A stretch of DNA of 64,000 bases from an uncultured Chloroflexia bacterium (GTDB lineage: Bacteria > Chloroflexota > Limnocylindria > QHBO01): contig CAWIXZ010000014.1 of assembly GCA_963840205.1 (NCBI GenBank), positions 3,039-67,038 of the forward strand. The letters are read 5' to 3'. The notes beneath the pieces are model-generated. The model was not told the origin of the DNA. It saw only the letters and a program-made list of their open reading frames with translations, and ran no database searches. Shown here piece by piece: positions 9,697 through 17,883 of the stretch. The translations under genes were made by a program, and so were the position numbers. Position 1 is the first letter of the stretch; every line of letters starts with the position of its first letter.

Positions 9697-10800
9697 ATGA
9701 CAACGACGACGGCCGATCTCAAGCACCGCGAAGGACCGGGCATACAGGCCACGATCCAGCGGATCGGCGGCTACCTGGCCGGCATGATCATGCCGAACAT
9801 CGCCGCCTTCATCGCGTGGGGCCTCATCACGGCGCTGTTCATCCCCACCGGCTGGTGGCCGAACGAGCAGCTGGCAGCGCTCGTTGGGCCGATCATTCTC
9901 GTCCTGCTGCCGGTCCTCATCGGCTACACCGGCGGACGCCTGGTCCACGGCCAGCGCGGCGCGGTCATCGGCGCAGTGGCGACGATGGGCGTCGTGGTCG
10001 GAACCGACATCCCGATGTTCCTGGGGGCGATGATCATCGGACCCCTCGCCGCCTACGTCCTGAAGCTGCTCGACGGCCTCTGGGCCGGGCGCGTTCGCGT
10101 CGGATTCGAGATGCTGGTCGACAACTTCAGCGCCGGGATCCTTGGGGTCATCATGGCGATCCTTGGCTTCCTTGCCATCGGACCGGTCGTCACGGCCCTT
10201 GCCGACGCGGCGGGCTCAGGCGTCGACTTCCTCGTCGAGAGCGGCCTGTTGCCGCTGGTGTCGATCATCGTCGAGCCGGCCAAGGTCCTCTTCCTCAACA
10301 ACGCGATCAACCACGGCGTGCTGGGGCCGCTCGGCGTGGCCCAGGCGCTGGACAACGGCAAGTCGATCCTGTTCATGATCGAGACGAACCCAGGCCCCGG
10401 CCTGGGCATCCTCCTCGCCTACCTGCTGTTCGGCCCGCGCTCCTTGCGGCCGAGCGCGCCCGGGGCGATCATCATCCACTTCCTCGGTGGAATCCATGAG
10501 ATCTACTTCCCGTATGTGCTCATGAATCCGCGCCTGATCCTGGCCGCCATTGTCGGCGGGGCCTCCGGCGTGTTCACCGCGGTCATCACTGGCGCCGGAC
10601 TCGTCGCCACCCCGTCGCCGGGCAGCATCTTCGCCTACCTGGCGGTCACGCCGAGGGACGGGTTCTTCGGTGTCCTCGCCGCCATCGTGGTGGCGACCGG
10701 CGTGTCGTTCGCGGTCGCGTCGCTGCTCCTGGGCTTCGGCCGTGCCGAAGAGCCGGTCGCCGCCGTCGAGACGCGCGCGACCGTGCCGGCAGGGGCGTGA
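9697..10800 (+). CDS. mtlA: PTS mannitol-family EIIC component
   Basis: ATG 9697 follows GGGAGAGGG. The protein is collinear with the E. coli MtlA IIC domain (recalled): MPNIAAFIAWGLITALFIPTGW, FEMLVDNFSAGI, EPAKVLFLNNAINHG, FLGGIHEIYFPYVLMNP. Confidence 0.9.
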   Translation: MTTTTADLKHREGPGIQATIQRIGGYLAGMIMPNIAAFIAWGLITALFIPTGWWPNEQLAALVGPIILVLLPVLIGYTGGRLVHGQRGAVIGAVATMGVVVGTDIPMFLGAMIIGPLAAYVLKLLDGLWAGRVRVGFEMLVDNFSAGILGVIMAILGFLAIGPVVTALADAAGSGVDFLVESGLLPLVSIIVEPAKVLFLNNAINHGVLGPLGVAQALDNGKSILFMIETNPGPGLGILLAYLLFGPRSLRPSAPGAIIIHFLGGIHEIYFPYVLMNPRLILAAIVGGASGVFTAVITGAGLVATPSPGSIFAYLAVTPRDGFFGVLAAIVVATGVSFAVASLLLGFGRAEEPVAAVETRATVPAGA

Positions 10801-10804
10801 TCGC

Positions 10805-11113
10805 ATGACCGAGGTCAACGGTCCGGACATCCGCACGGTGCTCATCGCCTGCGATGCGGGGATGGGCAGCAGCGTCATGGTCGCGAGCCAGATGCGCTCA
10901 CGGCTGAAGAAGTACGACGTGGCGGTAGAGCATGTCCCGGTGAACTCGATCCCGGCCGACGCGCAGGTGATCGTCTGCCAGGCAAGCCTTGCCCAGCGCG
11001 CCCGGGGGATGGCCCCGGGCGCGGTCGTGGTGCCGTTCCAGCTCTTCATGGGCGACCCGGCATTCGATCGGGTCGAGGCCGCCATCCGGGATGGAGGTGT
11101 CCTTGCCGACTGA
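10805..11113 (+). CDS. PTS mannitol-family EIIB component
   Basis: VLIACDAGMGSSVM carries the phospho-Cys motif. The gene starts 5 nt after the EIIC stop. Confidence 0.85.
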   Translation: MTEVNGPDIRTVLIACDAGMGSSVMVASQMRSRLKKYDVAVEHVPVNSIPADAQVIVCQASLAQRARGMAPGAVVVPFQLFMGDPAFDRVEAAIRDGGVLAD

Positions 11114-11579
11114 CCACGCGGGCCCGCCCGCCGTCCTCGCCCGAGAGGCAATCCGACTGGCGCAGCACGCCGACGACAAGTGGGATGCGCTGCGTCAGTC
11201 GGGGGCGCTGCTCGAGGAGCTGGGGGCGGTCGACAAGGGATACGCCGATGCGATCCTGGAGCGCGAGGGACAGATCTCCACGTACATGGGGGAGGGCGTG
11301 GCGATCCCTCACGGGACCGACCAGGCCCGTGCGCTCGTCCGGCGCACGGCATTGGGCTTCCTCCAATTTCCGGACGGGGTCGACTGGGATGGCGACACCG
11401 TCTACGTGTGCATTCCGATCGCGGCGAGCGGTGACGAGCACGTGGGTGTGCTCTCGGCCCTCGCCGAGATCCTGGTGGAAGGCGACAGCGCCGCGGCGCT
11501 GCGCGAGGCCACGGATGTGGATGACGTCCTGGCACGACTACAGCCGGGCGGCGGAGACGCGCACGGGAGCGCGGCATGA
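11091..11579 (+). CDS. PTS mannitol/fructose-family EIIA component
   Basis: GEGVAIPHGT is the phospho-His motif, followed by VCIPIAA..DEHVGVLSALA. The start is uncertain: ATG 11091, GTG 11097 or TTG 11103. Confidence 0.8.
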   Translation: MEVSLPTDHAGPPAVLAREAIRLAQHADDKWDALRQSGALLEELGAVDKGYADAILEREGQISTYMGEGVAIPHGTDQARALVRRTALGFLQFPDGVDWDGDTVYVCIPIAASGDEHVGVLSALAEILVEGDSAAALREATDVDDVLARLQPGGGDAHGSAA

Positions 11580-12634
11580 GAGTCGCGCGCTTCCATGCGC
11601 CTGGCGACCTCAGGATCGAGGACGCCCCGGAGCCAACTCCCGGCACGGCGGAGATCAAGATCCGGGTCCGGGCCTGCTCGACCTGCGGCACGGACGTGAA
11701 GATCTACCGCTCCGGCCACCAGAACATCGATCCTCCGCGGGTCATGGGTCACGAGGTCGCCGGCGAGATCGTCGAGATCGGCGCCGATGTGGCACCGCCA
11801 GCTAATGGGCGGCCTTGGGCAATCGGCGATCGCGTGCAGGTCATCGCCGCCGTGCCGTGCGGCACGTGTCCGGACTGCCGGCGAGGCTGGATGACGATCT
11901 GTCCGAACCAGACGTCGATCGGCTACCAGTACGACGGCGGATTCGCGGAGTTCCTTATCGTCCCCCACGAGGTACTGCGGGTCGACGGGCTGAACCGGAT
12001 CCCGGACGGAGTGGGATTCGACGACGCATCGGTCGCCGAGCCGTTCGCCTGCGCGATCAACGCGCAGGAGCTCGCCCGGGTCGGAGCGGGCGATGATGTC
12101 GTGGTCATCGGCGCCGGTCCCATCGGCTGCCTCCACGTGAGGCTCGCCCGATCGCGCGGCGCGGCCAGGGTCTTTCTCGTCGAGCTGAGCCGGCAGCGTC
12201 TTGACCTGTCGGCCGCAGTCGTCGCACCGGACGCCGCGATCTGTGGGAGCGAGGTCGATCCGGTCGAGGCAGTTCTCGAGTTGACGGGCGGGCGGGGCGT
12301 GGACGTCGCGATCACGGCCGCCGCCTCCGGGAAGGCGCAGGAGGACGCCCTGCGCATGGTCGCCCGGCGCGGCCGGATCTCGTTCTTCGGTGGCCTGCCG
12401 AAGGACCAGCCCACGATCACGCTCGACTCCAACCTCGTTCACTACCGAGAGCTGACCATCGTGGGTGCCAACGGGTCCAGCCCGGATCACAACAAGCAGG
12501 CATTGGCCCTGATTGCCAGCGGCGAGGTGCCCGTCGGCGATCTGATCACCCATCGGCTCCCGCTCGAAGGCGTACTCGACGCGATCGGGATCGTCTCGCG
12601 TGGCGAAGGCATCAAGGTCACGATCGAACCGTGA
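11576..12634 (+). CDS. zinc-dependent MDR polyol/polyol-phosphate dehydrogenase (sorbitol-DH/GatD-like)
   Basis: ATGA overlap with the EIIA stop. Catalytic-zinc motifs are CSTCGTD and GHEVAGEIVE. The structural-zinc motif is CGTCPDCRRGWMTIC and the Rossmann motif is VIGAGPIG. Confidence 0.85.
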   Translation: MRVARFHAPGDLRIEDAPEPTPGTAEIKIRVRACSTCGTDVKIYRSGHQNIDPPRVMGHEVAGEIVEIGADVAPPANGRPWAIGDRVQVIAAVPCGTCPDCRRGWMTICPNQTSIGYQYDGGFAEFLIVPHEVLRVDGLNRIPDGVGFDDASVAEPFACAINAQELARVGAGDDVVVIGAGPIGCLHVRLARSRGAARVFLVELSRQRLDLSAAVVAPDAAICGSEVDPVEAVLELTGGRGVDVAITAAASGKAQEDALRMVARRGRISFFGGLPKDQPTITLDSNLVHYRELTIVGANGSSPDHNKQALALIASGEVPVGDLITHRLPLEGVLDAIGIVSRGEGIKVTIEP

Positions 12635-12650
12635 TCCGGAGGAAAACAGC

Positions 12651-12923
12651 ATGGCGCAGCGAGAGGTAGTCGTCGGTTCGAGGATCGGCCTCCATTCCCG
12701 GCCGGCCGCCCTGTTCGTGAAGGCGGTTGCAGAGCAGCAGGTGAAGATCACGATCCGCAAGCCCGAGGGTGCCCCGGTCGATGCGCGCAGCATCCTCCGG
12801 GTCCTTGCCCTGGGAGCGAAGAATGGCGAGACGGTCGTCCTCGAGGCCGATGGCGACGGTGCGGAGGAAGCGCTGGAGGCCGTTGCGAGCGTCGTCGCCG
12901 AAGACCACGACGATCCGGCGTGA
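12651..12923 (+). CDS. ptsH: phosphocarrier protein HPr
   Basis: GGAGG precedes ATG 12651. GLHSRPAA is the His-15 site and SILRVLALGA is the Ser-46 region. Confidence 0.9.
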   Translation: MAQREVVVGSRIGLHSRPAALFVKAVAEQQVKITIRKPEGAPVDARSILRVLALGAKNGETVVLEADGDGAEEALEAVASVVAEDHDDPA

Positions 12924-12930
12924 GACCGCC

Positions 12931-14564
12931 GTGACCGTGACATCGCCGCGACTCAAGGGCATCGGCGTGTCGTCGGGCGTGACCGCCGGGCCCGTCGCGC
13001 TGATGGGGCCGCGACCGAGGTTGCCGGACGATCGCCCCGCGGTCGCCGACGCGCAGGCCGAGGCGGATGCCGCGATCGCTGCGCTCAACGTCATCGCCGA
13101 GGACCTCGAGGAACGTGCCGCGGCGGCGGCCATGCCTCGCGCCGCCGAGGTGCTCGAGGCAACCGCTATGATCGCCCGCGACCCGTCCCTCGAAGAGGGA
13201 ATACGTTCGGCGACGGCGAACGGTGAGCCGGCGGCGTGGGCGGTCCACCGCGCCATGGACGTCTTCCGCGCGCTTCTCCTGGATCTCGGGGGCTACATGG
13301 CGGAGCGCGTCGGCGACCTCGATGACGTGCGAGACCGGACCATCGCCCGTCTGCTCGGGCAGCCGATGCCGGGAGTCCCCGAGCGCGACACGCCATTCGT
13401 GCTCGTCGCGGACGACCTGGCACCGGCCGACACCGTGACGCTGGACCCGGAGCGAGTACTCGCGCTCGTCACCATCAGAGGGGGACCCACCAGCCACACC
13501 GCAATCCTCGCCCGAAGCCTCGGTCTGCCCGCCGTCGTAGCCTGCGCTGAGGCCGTCTCTCTCGGCGACGGCGAGCTCGTCGCGGTCGACGGTGCGACGG
13601 GCCTGATTCGGGTCGGAATCACGCCCGAGGACGTTGCGAGCACGAACCGGGCGGAGGAGCTCCGCCGCGCCGCGCGTGCCGCCAGCCACGGGCCCGGCAG
13701 AACGGCGGACGGGCACGCGGTCTCGCTGCTCCTCAACATCGGCGACGCGGCCGGGGCGGCCTCCGTGGCCAAGGTGGACGCCGAGGGTGTCGGGCTCTTT
13801 CGTACCGAGTTCCTCTATCTCGACCGGCAGGACGCACCGTCAGTCGAGGAGCAGACGGCCCTGTACATCACCGTCTTCGAGGCGATGGCCGGCCGCAAGA
13901 TCGTCGTCCGGACCCTCGACGCCGGGGCCGACAAGCCGCTGCCGTTCCTCGACCAGGAGGAGGAGCCGAACCCGGCGCTCGGAGTCCGCGGTCTCCGCAC
14001 GGCGCGGCGCTCACCGGATGTGCTGGGCGATCAGCTTGCCGCCCTGGCCCTCGCCCAGCAGGCGACGGGTGCCGTCGTGTGGGTCATGGCGCCGATGGTC
14101 GCCACGGCTGCCGAGGCGAAAGGGTTCACCGACCTCACGCACGAGCATGGACTGCCCATCGCCGGAGTGATGGTCGAGATCCCGGCGGCGGCGCTGCGTG
14201 CCGCCGAGCTTCTCGAGCACGCCGACTTCCTGAGCATCGGCACCAACGACCTCGCGCAGTACACGCTGGCGGCGGATCGGATGTCCGGCGAGCTGGCCGA
14301 CCTCCTGGATCCGTGGCAGCCCGCCCTGCTTGACCTGATCCGGATGACGGCCGAAGCCGGTCTCGCGGCCGGCAAGTCGGTCGGCGTGTGGGCGAGGCCG
14401 GCGCGTCCCCGGCGCTCGCGCCCGTCCTCGTCGGGCTCGGCGTCACGAGCCTGTCGATGGCGGCCTCTGCGGTCGCCGATGTCCGCGATGCCCTGGCCGC
14501 GGTCACGCTCGCCGACTGTCGCGAGATGGCTGCCAATGCCCTGGCCGGTCGACGCCCGACGTGA
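12931..14564 (+). pseudogene. ptsI: PEP-protein phosphotransferase (PTS enzyme I), frame-shifted at the active-site Cys codon as given
   Basis: GTG 12931 lies 8 nt after the ptsH stop. Motifs are GGPTSHTAILARSLGLPAV (phospho-His), GLFRTEFLY and SIGTNDLAQY. The frame is lost at 14390-14392, where CGE is expected (GKSVGV | tg-ggc-gag = [C]GEAGASPALAPVLVGLGVTSLSM). The stop in the shifted frame is at 14562-14564. Confidence 0.9.
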
Positions 14565-14920
14565 CGGACGAGAGGATCGACGCCTACCTCGCGGCCCTGC
14601 CAGCAGACCAGCGGCAGCTGCTCCAACGCCTGCGCGACATGATCGCGCGGGTGGTCCCCGAGGCGACCGAGACGATCAGCTACGACATGCCGGCCTTCAA
14701 GCTCGGCGGCCGCTTCCTGGTGTCGTTCGCCGGCTGGAAGGCGCACTGCAGCATCTACCCGCTGACCGATGCCTTCCTGGCGGCGCACGAGGACGAGCTG
14801 GAGGGGTTCGAGCGCACCAAGGGGAGCCTGCATTTCACGCCTGGGGCTCCCCTCCCGGACGCGCTGATGGAGGAGCTGATCAGGGCCCGCGTCGCCGACC
14901 TCGAGGGCGGCGGCCGCTAG
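14561..14920 (+). CDS. DUF1801 (YdhG-like) domain protein
   Basis: The GTG overlaps the ptsI stop (GTGA). IDAYLAALPADQRQLLQRLRDMI..ISYDMPAFKLGGRFLVSFAGWKAHCSIYP is typical of this family as I recall it. Confidence 0.65.
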   Translation: MTDERIDAYLAALPADQRQLLQRLRDMIARVVPEATETISYDMPAFKLGGRFLVSFAGWKAHCSIYPLTDAFLAAHEDELEGFERTKGSLHFTPGAPLPDALMEELIRARVADLEGGGR

Positions 14921-14940
14921 ACCGGATAGCATGGCGCGCC

Positions 14941-16203
14941 GTGGACGCGCCGCAAGACCTCTCGTACCGTGCCCTGCTGCGAGTCCCGACGCTCGGCCGG
15001 GTGCTGGTGTCGATGCAGATCGCCCGCATCGCGCAGTCGATGGTCTCGATCTCGCTCGTCCTCTTCACGCTGGACCGTTACGGATCGCCCGCGCTCGCCG
15101 GGCTCGTGACCTTCGCGAGCGTCTTCCCAGGGCTTGCGATCGCCCCGATCGCCGGCGCGCTCCTCGACCGCCACGGGCGCATCCGCCTCGTGATGCTCGA
15201 CTACGTCGTGGCACTGGGGGCCATGGTGCTCATCGCGGTGCTCGCCGTCGCGGACACACTACCGGCCCCACTGCTCGTGGCGATCGCGGCGGTCTCTTCG
15301 CTGACCTCAATCCTCAGCCACACCGGGCTCCGCAGCCTCTTCCCGATCATCGTTCCGCAGCCACTGTGGGAGCGCGTGAACGCGGTGGATTCCAACGGCT
15401 ACCTCGTGGCCATGATCCTCGGGCCGCCGATCGCCGCCGGCCTGGTGGCGTTCGCCGGCGCCCCCGCGGCGCTGATCGTCATCGGCATCGCGTTCGGCAT
15501 CGCCGCACTCGCATTGATCGGTGTGAGCGATCCGATCACGGAGACGGAGGCAACGGACAACCTCCTGGCCGATGCGTGGGCCGGCGTGGTCTACGTCGCG
15601 CGCAACCCCACGCTGCGCGGGCTGGGCCTCGCCATCTCGCTGGTGAACGTGGCGGGCGGGATGGTGACCATCGTGCTGCCGCTCATCGTGCTCACCCGGC
15701 TCGGCCAGGGCGAGGCGCTCGTGGGTCTGATCTTCGCCCTCACCGGCGTGTCGGGCATGGCCGCGGCGTTCGCGTTCGGCCGCATGGACACGCGCGGCCG
15801 CGAGTGGGCGCTGCTTGTGTGGCCGATGCTCCTGTCAGTGCCGACGATGGCCCTGCTCCTCCCCGCCGCCATGACGAGTGTGGTCTGGATCGGCGTCGCG
15901 CTGCTCGGCTTGCATTCGCTGGTGATGGGCGCCCTCTATGGGCCGAGCGACATCGCGCTCTTCACGGTCCGCCAGCGCCGCACCGATCCCGCCTGGATGG
16001 GCCGCGCCTTCGCCGTTTCGATGGCCATCAACTACATGGGCGTGCCCATCGGAGCCGGGTTGGCCGGGCTGCTCGCATCGCAGTCGATCGAGCTCGCGAT
16101 AGTCGCGCTCGGGATCGGCGGCACGCTCGCGGCCGCCGCCTCCGCGGCCGTTCTCATCCCCCGGTCGGCGCCCGACGCCGGCGCGGCCGATGCTCAAGCG
16201 TGA
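14941..16203 (+). CDS. MFS transporter
   Basis: A ~12-TM hydrophobic profile from GTG 14941 (VDAPQDLSYRALLR..). It is the in-frame tail of the artefactual 1144-aa track ORF. Confidence 0.8.
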   Translation: MDAPQDLSYRALLRVPTLGRVLVSMQIARIAQSMVSISLVLFTLDRYGSPALAGLVTFASVFPGLAIAPIAGALLDRHGRIRLVMLDYVVALGAMVLIAVLAVADTLPAPLLVAIAAVSSLTSILSHTGLRSLFPIIVPQPLWERVNAVDSNGYLVAMILGPPIAAGLVAFAGAPAALIVIGIAFGIAALALIGVSDPITETEATDNLLADAWAGVVYVARNPTLRGLGLAISLVNVAGGMVTIVLPLIVLTRLGQGEALVGLIFALTGVSGMAAAFAFGRMDTRGREWALLVWPMLLSVPTMALLLPAAMTSVVWIGVALLGLHSLVMGALYGPSDIALFTVRQRRTDPAWMGRAFAVSMAINYMGVPIGAGLAGLLASQSIELAIVALGIGGTLAAAASAAVLIPRSAPDAGAADAQA

Positions 16204-16218
16204 GGTAGAGTCTTCGCG

Positions 16219-17364
16219 ATGCCTCACCTCCGTCTGCGCACGACCGCTCTGCTGACCGCGCTGCTGCTGCTGATCGTCTCGGCGACCGCGGTGCTCGCGC
16301 AGGACGAGGCGCTCGGCGGGAAGCTTCGGACCGGCGAGGACGTCACGGTCCCGGCTGGCGAGACGGTGGAGGGCGACCTCTACGCCGCGAGCGACACGAT
16401 CGTCATCGACGGCAACGTCGAGGGGGACCTCGTGGCGGCCGGCGGCGACATCCAGGTCAATGGCACGGTCTCGGGCGACCTGCTTGCCGCGGGGGGCAAC
16501 GTGACGGTCGCGGGCACCGTCGAGGGCGACGCCCGGCTCGCCGGCGGGCAGCTGACGGTGAGCGGCGAGGTCGGAGAGGACCTTCTGGTCGCCGGAGGCC
16601 AGGCCACGATCACCGCTTCCGGCTCGGTCGGGGAGGACGTGATCGCCGCCGCGGGGCAGCTCACTATCGCCGGGTCGGTGGCGGGCAGCGTCGAGGGCGG
16701 TGCGGGCACATACGAACGAACGGGCACGGTCGGGGGCAGCGAGAACGTGGCCGTCGGGGATGACGCGGACGTGGGGGACGATCCGGTCGACGACGACAAC
16801 CTGATCCTCGACGCGCTCAAGCACTTCGTGGTGGTCGTCCTCATCGGTGGCCTTGCCCTGTGGCTCATGCCGGGACTGACCCGCGCCTCCGCCGAGGCCA
16901 TTCGACGGCGGACCCTGGCGTCATTCGGGAGTGGGCTGCTCGCGGCGCTCGGATGGCTGCTCGGCGTCATCGGCGTCGTGGTGGTCATCATCCTGGCTGC
17001 GATCATCTTCGGCCTCATCGGCTTCGGCGAGCTCGGGGGCCTCATCGCCTTCGCCGGTCTCATCGCGATCCTGGTCGGGACGTTCGTCTTCTTCATCGTC
17101 TGCACGTACCTCGCGGACGCGCTCGTCGGCCTTGCGCTCGCCGGCCTCGTCCGCCGCGAGCCCGGGTCGCGCTGGCTGGACCTTGGTCTGCTTGCCGCCG
17201 GAGCGGCCGTGGTGGTGCTGCTGACGTCTCTGCCTGTGGCAGGCGGCTGGATCAAGCTCGTCGTCGCCATACTCGGCCTGGGCGGACTCGCGCTCGCCGC
17301 CTGGACCGGGTGGCGCGGCCGCCGAGGCGTCCCCGTCCTCGAGGCGCCGCAGCCCCCTCTTTGA
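16219..17364 (+). CDS. exported beta-helix repeat (bactofilin-like) protein with C-terminal multi-TM anchor
   Basis: The signal peptide is LLTALLLLIVSATAVLAQDEA. About seven ~17-18-aa repeats of type G.V.GDL.AAGG.V.V.G follow. Then come an acidic linker and four to five TM helices. Confidence 0.6.
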   Translation: MPHLRLRTTALLTALLLLIVSATAVLAQDEALGGKLRTGEDVTVPAGETVEGDLYAASDTIVIDGNVEGDLVAAGGDIQVNGTVSGDLLAAGGNVTVAGTVEGDARLAGGQLTVSGEVGEDLLVAGGQATITASGSVGEDVIAAAGQLTIAGSVAGSVEGGAGTYERTGTVGGSENVAVGDDADVGDDPVDDDNLILDALKHFVVVVLIGGLALWLMPGLTRASAEAIRRRTLASFGSGLLAALGWLLGVIGVVVVIILAAIIFGLIGFGELGGLIAFAGLIAILVGTFVFFIVCTYLADALVGLALAGLVRREPGSRWLDLGLLAAGAAVVVLLTSLPVAGGWIKLVVAILGLGGLALAAWTGWRGRRGVPVLEAPQPPL

Positions 17365-17534
17365 CGGCCGGATCTCCACCGCCACCTGGGGCGGGGGATT
17401 GGATGTGGACAAGTTCGTGGACAGGTGCGTATCGGTCGATGCCCCTCCGCGCCTACGATGGCAGGGCGTTCCGGGAGCCACGGTTTCCGCAAGGCGAGAT
17501 AGCTTTACAGTTGAGCAGAGGGTGGCATCGCGCA

Positions 17535-17873
17535 ATGACCGAGCGACAGCGGGCCTCCGATCCGGACCCCCAGGCGACCGCCGTGGCGGCGGAGCTGCCC
17601 CCACCCGACGTTGTGGCCTTCATCCGCTACTGCCACAGGCAGCGCGGCTTCAAGTGGCCGGAGATCTACGACGAGATGTGCGGCGTCGCCGCACGGCGAG
17701 AGTTCAACGGCTGGGATCACGCCGAGCTCGGGGGGCGCGGGCTGACGTTCTCGCTGCTCGAGATGCCTCGCCTCTCGGCGTGGGTACGGGTGGTGCTTGC
17801 CCGGGACGCTGAGCCCGTGGCCGAGGTGGCACGACCGATTGCGCGTCCGACGCTGGAGGCGGCGCTGGCCTGA
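17535..17873 (+). CDS. hypothetical protein (112 aa)
   Basis: ATG 17535. FIRYCHRQRGFKWPEIYDEMCGVAARREFNGW looks like a conserved globular core, but I cannot assign a family. Confidence 0.45.
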   Translation: MTERQRASDPDPQATAVAAELPPPDVVAFIRYCHRQRGFKWPEIYDEMCGVAARREFNGWDHAELGGRGLTFSLLEMPRLSAWVRVVLARDAEPVAEVARPIARPTLEAALA

Positions 17874-17883
17874 GCGACCGGCG

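Noticed and set aside
10216-11691. A 491-aa minus-strand ORF opposite the PTS EIIC/EIIB/EIIA genes
   Set aside because: Its Arg/Pro/Gly/Ala-rich composition is typical of antisense frames in high-GC DNA. The plus-strand genes carry strong family motifs.
12769-16203. A 1144-aa ORF that looks like a giant multidomain protein
   Set aside because: It is a chimera of reading frames. It holds ptsI up to its frameshift, then an accidentally open stretch across the DUF1801 gene (which is in another frame), then the MFS transporter. There is no continuous homology across the joins.
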